DNA of 32,000 nucleotides from Candidatus Saccharimonadota bacterium (lineage in GTDB: Bacteria > Patescibacteriota > Gracilibacteria > BD1-5 > UBA2023), in the NCBI GenBank assembly GCA_046350815.1, contig JAXLZO010000001.1:90001-122000 (forward strand). The letters run 5' to 3'. The notes beneath the pieces were generated by a model. The model saw only the letters and a list, made by a program, of their open reading frames with translations, was not told where the DNA came from and did not search any database. Positions 22,954 through 32,000 of the stretch are shown piece after piece. The stretch's first letter is position 1. Every line of letters starts with the position of its first letter. The position numbers and the translations under genes were made by a program.

Positions 22954-25900
22954 ATGGCATCACCAGACAAATATAGCCCCTCCGTAGAACAAAAAGATTG
23001 CCCACCAGAGCTCAAAGTGAAACTCAAGTGAAAAAAGAATGAATGGCAGGACAGAGCAAAGTCTTTTAATACAAAATCTTTTGAAGAACATAAATCAGAA
23101 ATATCAGATGTCAAAAAGGCAGCTGATACTTTTATGGCTCAGTCAGTACTTGAAAACATCACCCTCAATGCTGATGACAAGGCATTACTCAAATACATGC
23201 GAACTCTCAGCGTGGACAAACCCATAGACATATCCATTATGCAAACAATGCTTCATGATGTCTGTGACAAAACCATTGCAGTGGATGGTCGAATGGGCGA
23301 ACAAACTATAACTGCCATGAAATTGGCAATGGAAAAATTTAAAAGTAAGATCCCTGGTTACCAGGAGTGATTAGTTGTAGGAGCCAAGATTGATGCTGCA
23401 ATAGCACCTGTTATTGATATTCCCTCTGTGAAGATACCAGCAAAACCAGCGCAAGTATCAGGCGATAGTTTGTCTGCGACAGAAAATGATTTTTCCATAT
23501 CAATACAAGAAAAAGTAAATAGTTGCAAAACATTACTAAAAGCAAACTATCCAGGATTGTGAGTCCAAATCAATGAAAAATGAGATCTTTTCATAAGACA
23601 AGATGTGATAGGAAGTTCCGATACGAAACTTCAAAAAATTGCAACTATTGATCTCTCAAAGACAGAAGATATTGCCTGGGATAATATACGAGTTGCTCTT
23701 GAAGAATATATAGCAAAACAGAAAGTCAGTGCACCAGCTGTTATATCAACACAAACGGAGGCAATTTCTACAGACAAACAGACCGTAACGAATGAGTCAA
23801 ATCAGATCGATGTTAAGGCTGAACAAACCAAAAAAATTCAGCTATCTCCAGAGCAAGATTCTGATGATAATCTCAAAACAATAGAAGCAGACTGGAACAA
23901 AGTAATGAATCAAGCAGAAGAATATGCAAGGAAACAATGATTGATTTTAACAATGGTGAAAACAGGTGCTGTTGTCAAATCTATGGGAGCATCAAAATTT
24001 AATCCGATTGAAATTTATGATATTTACGTAAAAAAAGAGGGGCAAACCAAAGCAGAAAAAATAGGAACATCCCACCCTGTACATTTAGAGCGAAAAGTTG
24101 ATATTCAGGGAAAAGTAAAAGATATACAAGTTTTGGTTGATAAGTATCTAAAGCATGATGCTGTCAAACCACAAGAAGTAAGCCAGGAAGCCGTGGATAA
24201 AGCTTGGTATGAAGGTTTTGACGAAGCATCAAACTATGCCAAAGATAAATGATACATCCTTACAAACCAAGCGAGCGAATTGACAGCAAAAGGTTGAAAT
24301 GCGAGCCGTCCTAATATTGATAAAGGGAAACTTCAAACAATTGCTCTCGTAAATAAAAATAAAAAGGAAAGACGAGAACTTTGAACAATTTCAGTAGAAA
24401 AGATTCACCTTGTGTCGATAAAAACCCCTCAGGAAATAAGGGATGAAATACAAAAAAGGATAGATGAATCACTTGCAAGAACAATGACAGAATCACAAGA
24501 AAATAAGACACGGACAGAAAATATCACAAAAATCGATACCCTCCTTCAAAAAATGTGATATTCCTTAGATTATGTTGACGGTAAAGCAGGAAGAATGTAT
24601 AAGAATCAAAATAATGAAAGACTTCAAGTATTTTGATGATTCTCTTGAGTTCCAAAAGATCATACTCTCACAGATTCAGAAATAAGATACAATTTATTAC
24701 AAAACAATAAGCAAAAAGATTTGCAACAACAAATTGATAACGCGATGAACGGTAAAATAAACTCTGAAGCAAATGAACAGCATTCTGAGAAAATATTCAT
24801 ATCAAAAAAAGCTCTTTCTGAATTTAAAACATTAGGAATTACTCTCACAAAACAAGACGATGGTATCCATGGAGATTTTGATCAAAATAAACATTTTATG
24901 GGTCTAAATACATCATTTGATAAGAGTGGAAAATTCATCAAAACCGAAGAATGGCCAGTGAGTAAAAAAGTATGAGAGGAATTTTTTATAGATAACAAGA
25001 CAAAATCTGTAACCTTTGAAAATGGGGTATTCACATTTATAGATAAAGATGGTTCAAAAATGACATCAGTGCTTACCGAAGTAAAAAACCAGCCGATGGA
25101 TCAAGAAATGATCAATAATTTCAAAAATGATGCCCCAAATTCTGTACAGGTTCTCTCAGCGACAGATTTAGAGATCAAGCTCAAAACAATAGCTCCGAGT
25201 GTTAAGACAAGATCATTTAATATAAAGAGCGCTGTAACAACGTGATTTGATGAGGTTCTTTGAGAAATTACTTTTAATGCAACTAAAGAAGATTCATTTA
25301 CAAAGATGCTATGGAAAGACGAGCGAATATCAGGAAGTATTATTGCGCAACTTGCATCTCGAGGATTTGTTCTTGATAATTGGATACAACCAGTTGCTGA
25401 TATAGAATCTCGTTCATGAGACAATGTTATGGTGATACCACATCCAGATGGAAAAGGTTTTGCAACGGTTTGTAAAGGTGGCGGAGTCCATGTTTACAAC
25501 AAGGATAACATAAACCCAAGTACGGTATTTGCACGTAAGCCAGTCATCTATCTCTATCCGATCAAGAAGACGAAAATCTCAGTATCAGTTGAACTCTCAG
25601 GTGCTGATATGATCACAGAATATCCAAGAACTACGAATGGTATATGGAAAGTGGAAGCATCACCGAAAGGAAACCTCGTTGATATATATGACAAGAAGAA
25701 ATACTCATACCTCTTCTGGGAAGCTGCAAAACATACAAGTTTTACGCTCAATCCGGAAAATACGGATTGTATTGCAAATGTCGATGTACAAACTTATCTT
25801 GAAAAGTCTCTCAAAACCCTTGGTCTCAATGCCCGAGAAATGAATGATTTTATGGTATATTGGCTCCCAATACTTGAACAAAATCCATACAGTCTTATCG

Positions 25901-26106
25901 AGTGGAAAACGACTGAATATACTGATATGGCAAAGCTGCATATTTCGCCAAAACCCGAAACACTTATTCGAATATTCATGGTCTTCAAATGATCAGAACA
26001 AATAGTAGCTACGAAGAACGTAGAGCTGCAGAAAACGAGACGAAAAGGATACTCCGTGGTAGAATGGGGCGGATGTAATCTCGATGAGAAGAACAATATC
26101 AAATAA
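22954..26106 (+). CDS. 1,050-aa hypothetical protein with an N-terminal peptidoglycan-binding-like module and a conserved-looking C-terminal domain
   Basis: Fragments 23134.., 23605.., 23941.., 24721.., 25060.. and 25429..25992 all lie in frame 1. I read every codon from 22954 to 26106 and found only TGA interruptions, with TAA at 26104-26106. ...LLKYMRTLSVDKPIDI..IAVDGRMGEQTITAMKLAMEKFKSKIPG resembles PG_binding_1 (xDGxxGxxTxxAvxxFQ). The C-terminus reads KPVIYLYP...YSYLFWE...LGLNAREMNDFMVYWLP. No signal peptide or TM segment seen. Confidence 0.7.
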
Positions 26107-26116
26107 TTATTTCCCT

Positions 26117-26284
26117 ATGAAAACCTATCAAAAAATGATCGAAGAGAAGAAACAAGAGCTCACCAATGAGCTCGAACTTTCTGATCAACTTGAGAACCTC
26201 AAGCATCTCTCGATAACGCTGGAACAATCACTCGAACACGACCAAGAAGTCCTCGAGGCGCATAAGAATATCACTAACATCTAG
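26117..26284 (+). CDS. small (55 aa) acidic coiled-coil protein
   Basis: ATG at 26117, MKTYQKMIEEKKQELTNELELSDQLENLKHLSITLEQSLEHDQEVLEAHKNITNI, TAG at 26282-26284. It sits between the 1,050-aa gene (10-nt gap) and the caspase-like gene (5-nt gap). Confidence 0.45.
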   Translation: MKTYQKMIEEKKQELTNELELSDQLENLKHLSITLEQSLEHDQEVLEAHKNITNI

Positions 26285-26289
26285 AATAT

Positions 26290-27594
26290 ATGTCAGAAGT
26301 TCCATCATATCAAGCAACTCGTGGGTTCGATCCGGAAATAGGTCCTGGCTACGACCCAAATGCGAAAGTGGAAGAAAAAATAGCTAAACCCAAAGATCCT
26401 CTCATAAAAACGGAAAAACTTGATAAAATCAAGTGATTAACGAGTACGGATTTACGTACAAATCTTCTGAATACTGACACATCCAAATTGAATCTCGAGA
26501 CGACAACTCGCTATCTTATTGCACTCACGCAAGAAATTAACATCGCAAAACTACAAAATCAAGATACAATGCAACAATTTCTTGGGAAATTTCAAGCAAT
26601 TCAAGAATCTTATCACAATCTCATCGGTTCATGAACCATTAGCGAATGATCTCAAAAACTTAGAGAACAAATAGAACTATGTCTGGAGTCTATTCAAAAA
26701 GGTCTAGAATCAAAAGATAAAGCACCATGATATATCTATGAACCACTTGAACAAGAACTTACAGAAATGGAAATAGACGACACAATAAAAAATGTCGATC
26801 AGCTCCTCAAAAATAAGCCATCTATGATATTCGTATGAGTAAATAAATACAACCACAATAGGAATATGAATCAAATGATGGCAAGATACTTAACAGCTAA
26901 TAAGCCGATTCCAAATTGGGAGTTGCGTGGTGCTGTGGATGACGCAAAAATTGTCGCTCAAAAAATTGAGTGATATCCATCATCAAACAAAGTAGAACTT
27001 CATGATGAGATGGCAACAAAAGAGGCAATTCTTAATGCCATAAAAACTTCACCATCAGACAAAGATATCTTCCTCTATATGTCCTGACATGGTGTGGATG
27101 GACACTTTGTACCTTATACAAAAGGTGTTATAAGTAATATGGATAAATCCGTTTTACAAATCATGATCAGTCCAGTGGAGCTATTTGAGGCAATCGGAAA
27201 AAGAAAGGCAGTTGTTATTGTTGATCATTGTTTTAGTGGTGATCTTGTAATGTCAGCACCAGACAATATCACCATTATCTGAGCAAGTGACTCTATGACA
27301 ACAGCACTAGATACTATCAAGAATGATAGTAGTATAAAATCAGAAAAAGGATTAGTAATAAGGAATGAAATAGTGACTGGAAAAAGAGAAAAAATACAGA
27401 TTGTAAAAGGAGAGAAAGTGATGAAAAGTGAGGATATCTTTTGATGAAAAGCAACCTTTGGTCTTACAGGTAATAAAAACATTCCACTTGATATCCGTTG
27501 ATTTGTAGACAGTGCAAGAGCAGTAAGTCATCTACGTGATCACAATCAACAACCTACAATCAATGCAGGAATAACAAGTAGCACAAATCTATAA
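26290..27594 (+). CDS. caspase-like cysteine protease (peptidase C14 / caspase-HetF fold) with an N-terminal helical domain
   Basis: ATG at 26290, frame 1, eleven in-frame TGA, TAA at 27592-27594. Hallmarks: MIFVGVNKYN, RGAVDDAKIVAQKI, catalytic His in IFLYMS[TGA 27085-27087]HG (YxSGHG), and catalytic Cys (27229-27231) in AVVIVDHCFSGD (DxCxSG). Confidence 0.85.
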
Positions 27595-27616
27595 GAAATA
27601 TTTCAAAGCTACTCAA

Positions 27617-27647
27617 AAAAATAGAGTGTCATTGGCACTCTATTTTT
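27617..27647. terminator. bidirectional terminator between the convergent caspase-like and kinase/HExxH genes
   Basis: aaaaatagagtg (27617-27628), loop tcattgg, cactctattttt (27636-27647). Confidence 0.75.
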
Positions 27648-29628
27648 CTATATCATTTCTATCTTGACTCTCATCAATAACATCCGCTGGCTCCGTCTTG
27701 ATACGATCCATCCATACTTGCTCTTCACCAAGAATATCACTTGGTTCAGTGTCAATACGATTCCTCCAAGCTCTCCGCTCAATCAGAGATGCGAACATTT
27801 TCCAATCAGAAACTGGAAGAAAAGAAAGAATCTCAATAACATTATCTCTTCCTTCTATTGTATTGCCATATACTCGCATAATATATGTAAGTATATCAAA
27901 CATGATCTCATCAAACTGAGGATGGGTATCTACCCTATAGAGGTCATCTATCAGAAAGATTCTTGTTATCTCTCGTATATCATCCCCATTCGAGAGATAA
28001 GCGATGATCTCCTCTTTGAGTTTCCAAAGAAGTCGATCTTCTTCCCTATCATCGGAGAATAATGCCTTGTTGATGGTGGCGTGTCTCGCCTCATGTATGA
28101 GCGCTCTCTCGTTTGGAGTTGTGATGATGACACTATATTTTTTTCAAGAATCAAGATATTTTCTCGTTGCGAATGCGCCCATTCTACCTCTTTCTTCTGG
28201 TATGAGAGATTGATTAAACGCATCTCGATCAGAAAAAACTACCCCAACAGCATTCCCTATGAGACATAACCGTGCATTCTTTGATGTAACCTCAGCAAGG
28301 TCTCAAAAACCATCGATTCAACCAAGAATTTTCTTTGGATCACCTCAGGAATATAAAAGTGCTTCGAGAGAATTCTCAAAACCATCTCGGTATATACCCA
28401 GAGATTCAAAAGCAATTTTCAGAATAGTTATTGTGAGTAATCTTTGTTGTTCTTGGGTGGCTTGACTAAAGAATAACGTCATATGATCAACAATCGGTAA
28501 CAAAGGCTGACGATCAAAAGATGATCGGATAAATCGAACCATAGCACCACCCAGTTCAAGTTGCCGAAGTATAACTTCTGAAATAGGAAGATGGAGAATT
28601 TTTGCCTTTGATTTTAGATCCTCATCCAATCGAATATTTTCAAATTCTAACATTCGACTGATACAAAATTCACTATAATCCCCCGATACTCCTCCAGAAA
28701 GACGTGGTGCTGAACCATGAATAACAGATAATATATTATTCTCGGGGAAATCAGCAAAATTTAATCATCAAACTTCCACTTTGACAGAAATATCAGAATC
28801 ATCATATTCCTCATTCTGAGGAGTTCTGATTGATATTTCTGTTGGTGTTCTCGTAGGTGTATCAATAGGTGTCGTATCCTTTATTGATAAATGAAGGTTC
28901 TGATGATCAACTATTGCCTGCGAAAGCCATAATATATCATCCAAATCTTTCTGTTTACATTGCTCAAAATATGGACTATTCTTATCTATACCAACTGGAT
29001 CAAATATAGAAAATTCTATCGTGCTCGTTCAACAGTTATTATCGATACGCATAAGGATATTTCACAAAATATCACCATGAGCAATACCTGCTTGATGATA
29101 TTTATCAATCGTATCAGAGAGCTGTTCGAGAAAGAGTGGAATGGTTATTTCAGTGAATTCTTCCGAATCATTACGATTGAGAATCTGCAATAGATTTGTA
29201 ATGTGCCAACCCTCAACCTTCTTTGTCACCAGAAATCATGCGTCTGCATGAAAAGTTATTGGACTAACAGTGTGATACGGATCAACACTATACATACTAC
29301 AAAGAACCCTATATTCCGCCTCAAAATCATCAAAAACCTGACCAAATAATTTTGGCACGGTTCTTTTCTTTTGATATTTCACGTAATAGTCATCAGGAGG
29401 ATACTTAACCGTGATTTTTCCTTCACCAACATTAATCATTCAATCACAAATACTCTTAATAGGTGGAATATACCCATGAGAACTATTTTCATTCACAGCA
29501 GATATATCCTGAAAAGACGAAAGAATATCCCAAACACGGGAGGCAGTATTTACTGGCATATCTGTGAGAATTTCATGAGGGATTACGGATCCTTTTTCAC
29601 TCCCGTACGATACTTGTTGATTTTTCAT
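27640..29628 (-). CDS. fusion protein: N-terminal protein-kinase-like domain plus C-terminal HExxH (zincin-like) domain
   Basis: I read each codon from 29652 to 27640 and found only TGA interruptions, with TAG at 27640-27642. The kinase-like catalytic loop is IAHGDIL[TGA]NIL (H 29077-29079, D 29071-29073, N 29059-29061). Also FSIFDPVG (DFG-like), ITVKY and FEAEYRVL upstream, a TPxxTP linker, then VIITTPNERALIHEARHA (HEARH = 28081-28095). ATG at 29628, with an alternative TTG at 29652. Confidence 0.75.
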
Positions 29629-29732
29629 TGTTACGTATTCTAATAATTTCAATCATCATAGCATAACTCTTTATTTTTTACAAAAAATAGCAAGTTCTTT
29701 GTCATTTAAAAAATACTTGTCAAGTAACTTTA

Positions 29733-29761
29733 TTGCTAAGTTTAGTATAGTGTGATATTAT
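29733..29761 (+). promoter_or_regulatory. sigma70-like promoter candidate for the 29793 gene
   Basis: TTGCTA (29733-29738), 17-nt spacer, TATTAT (29756-29761), about 30 nt upstream of the ATG. It lies in a 164-bp AT-rich divergent intergenic region. Pattern match only. Confidence 0.25.
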
Positions 29762-29792
29762 TTTTTTGTTACTTATTTTCATATACTATTTT

Positions 29793-30944
29793 ATGTTTGA
29801 AAATTTCCAACCCACTCAATCAGACTCTGAATGTAAGAGAAAATGAAGAGAATCTCGTGAAAGAAATCCTTCATCACGCAATGTGAGAGAAGAACTTAGA
29901 AAGCACCAAGCAAGTATAGATGCACGTGTGTGAGACAAAAAACCAAGTGTAGCGATCAACAAAAAAACTCTCCTCGACGCAGATATTACTCGTATTGGCC
30001 GAGGGAGTGTTATGGCATGGATGCTCAATGGCGGTAAAGAAGATATTGGACGGAAAAAGGGCATAGATGTAAACGAAATAGAATCTATCAATTTTTACAA
30101 AGCCCTCGACCGAGCATGGCAGATGAAACTTCGAAAATACGGAGCACGCAACCCATGACTCCATAAATTCTATCAGGAACGTATTATCCCATTCACAAGA
30201 TGAGGTCAGAATTTCTCAGCCATATCACGAACTGATTTTAACAACAAGGTTTCCCATGCGTTGAATAATGTAGATAAGCATCTTGAGCTAAATACCATTT
30301 TTTCTCAGGATCCACTACGAAAAAAAACATTTCTGAAGATCAAAGAAATTATGGGAGTCAATCAAGTTATTGCTGTTATGTACAGTGAAATGATTGACTC
30401 ACAGAATCCCAAAAAAGCAAATACCTTCTTTAATTTTATTCTCAATAATGCGGGGGAAGAATTTCTTGAGCTTTTTCCAGCCATGTGAGATAAGTATCTC
30501 TCATATGGCCCAGCACAGTTTACAAAGTTTACAATAGGAAAAGATGGAAGTGCTATTGCATTTCAAGATGATCATCTTAGCGCTAATATTATTGCAGAGA
30601 ATATGCGAGATATCAAAAAACAAGATCACTACGAAGGTATCTACATTATCATGTTATCTTCACTTCAGTGACTCCTTCGTAGTTTAGATAAAAATGAAAT
30701 ACGAAAACTTGAAAAGTATATTATACAATCCCCGGAAAAAGCACGAAATCTCCTTGTACAATATATAGCTGCCGCTCACAATGGACCAACTGCGGCAAAA
30801 AGAGCTTTTATATGACATATTCATGCTAATATTCGTAACGACACATTGAATGTTCATGGAAGGAAAGAAGCCTCAAATAATGCAAAGAAAGCGAAAAAGA
30901 ATGAACGAAAACTTTCACAAAGTTATCCACATCGAAATGGATAG
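29793..30944 (+). CDS. hypothetical protein, possible divergent GH23 (lytic transglycosylase/lysozyme-like) fold
   Basis: ATG at 29793, seven in-frame TGA, TAG at 30942-30944. The N-terminus is basic. VNQVIAVMYSEM.., ..LSYGPAQFT.. and ..LLVQYIAAAHNGPTAAKRAF parallel the ES / GLxQ / AYNAG blocks of the SLT domain at 15328..16707, but with a roughly 30-aa insertion. Weak. Confidence 0.6.
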
Positions 30945-30958
30945 CTAAATTAATATTT

Positions 30959-30994
30959 AAAAACAATAACCAAGATTTCTTGATTATTGTTTTT
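30959..30994. terminator. bidirectional terminator between convergent genes
   Basis: aaaaacaataaccaag (30959-30974), loop attt, cttgattattgttttt (30979-30994). 16-bp stem with one mismatch. Confidence 0.65.
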
Positions 30995-31016
30995 CGTAAT
31001 TCTTTGATAAATGAGC

Positions 31017-31901
31017 CTATCTCCTCTCCTTCCGAATCTTCTCCGAATACTGACTATCATTTGCAAACTCTTCCGAAAGATCATTGATCTGATAGTACTC
31101 ACGCGCCTCCGCAAGTGGCAATGAAGTATCAATGAGTCAAAGGTCATAAGCAATCTCATCAGAATGCGATGGAAGAAGGATTCTCTTGTCCCAACCAACC
31201 TTGTCTGTTCGGAGAGCATTCACATGACGAAGAATGCTCGTAGTGCAGGTATTCCAGATAGTATTATAGAATTCAGGTTCCTTTGTCAGTTTGTCCGCTC
31301 GGTGCATAGCCGAGAGAAACAGTCATTGCATCTTATCCTTGGATGTTTTGATTGGATACATATATACAGCATCTTTTCGATAGTTTGCACGTAATTTTAC
31401 CAAATCGTTCTCATCACCAACAATATAAGTAATTTCGAACTGATTCATCAGTCCTGGGAGAACATCGAATGACTCTCCTTTTTCCTTGCGAACTTCAGCT
31501 GAAACCGTCACAAACACTCCTCATGAAAATCAGAATGAGAGCATGGTATGAGCAGGTCCATCATGTCTGGAGAATGGTTCTATTATGTAGTAAACTGACT
31601 CAATCTCATCGAGATTATAACTACGATTATAATATCATGGAGTATAATCAGTTGTCGATCGATAGGTAAAATTTCGAACATTCTTCACATCCACAAGATT
31701 TCCAGAAAAGGTGATAGCTGGGAGTACAGCATGATCTGTGGCCCAGTCACGATACAGTGAAGGCTTCTGAGAGAGCCACCAAGCAAGTCCAACCGTGAGA
31801 GCAATCATCAAACTAACAAGGAATACTCGCTCCCATATATACCAGGTGGCTTTTACAAAAAAGAAAAGAACTTTAAGAATTTTTTTTAGAAGAGGTGGCA
31901 T
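31017..31901 (-). CDS. DUF4105 (Lnb N-terminal-like) membrane protein
   Basis: ATG at 31901 with an N-terminal TM segment (VFLVSLMIALTVGLAWWL). ..VDVKNVRNFTY.., ..GPAHTMLSFGFS.., ..VSAEVRKEKGESF.., ..YNTIWNTCTTSIL.. match my recollection of the DUF4105 pattern. Fragments 31635..31901 and 31323..31517 share the frame. TAG at 31017-31019. Confidence 0.7.
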
Positions 31902-31947
31902 AAAATGAAATGGGGCTATTAATTTCTACACTAAAAAGGGACAAAAT

Positions 31948-32000
31948 ATGAAAAGTGTAGAGATGAAGAGAATTTTTGCAAAGGATTTATGAGAAAAATT
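31948..32000 (+). CDS. possible start of a gene running off the window (17 codons only)
   Basis: ATG at 31948, MKSVEMKRIFAKDL[TGA]EK.. Too short to evaluate. Confidence 0.2.

Noticed and set aside
26323-26333. GGGTTCGATCC, a tRNA T-arm-like string
   Set aside because: It sits inside the caspase-like CDS (..ATRGFDPEIG..). No acceptor, D or anticodon stems can be drawn around it.

Overview
This AT-rich 32-kb fragment only reads as coding DNA if UGA is translated as glycine (translation table 25). That points to the CPR lineages Gracilibacteria or Absconditabacteria (SR1). The supplied standard-code ORF track is broken at TGA everywhere. Merging same-frame fragments by hand gives about 26 intact genes with short intergenic gaps and many perfect hairpin terminators.

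Layout:
- 1-1151 (+): lgt (5' truncated) and a rhomboid protease.
- 1249-21620 (-), one long block: an FKBP-type lipoprotein PPIase; a 550-aa surface protein with an 8 x 24-bp tandem repeat; a membrane-anchored hypothetical; nusG; secE; a 2,320-aa ORF with a type IV prepilin N-terminus followed by about 38 RCC1-like blades; a WecA/MraY-family GT4 transferase; DedA; a pair of apparent cell-wall hydrolases (lytic transglycosylase plus a Cys/His papain-like protein); pgi; galU; a HAD-IIB (phosphomannomutase-like) protein; gyrB.
- 21619-22792 (+): a possible membrane ORF and an RRM-type RNA-binding protein.
- 22954-31901: a block of six genes, mostly without recognisable family matches. These are a 1,050-aa protein with a peptidoglycan-binding-like module, a 55-aa coiled-coil protein, a caspase-like (C14) protease, a convergent kinase-like/HExxH fusion, a divergent GH23-like protein and a DUF4105-like membrane protein.

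I recognised no rRNA, tRNA, CRISPR array, transposase or integrase. All functional calls rest on motifs I read by eye, not on database searches.
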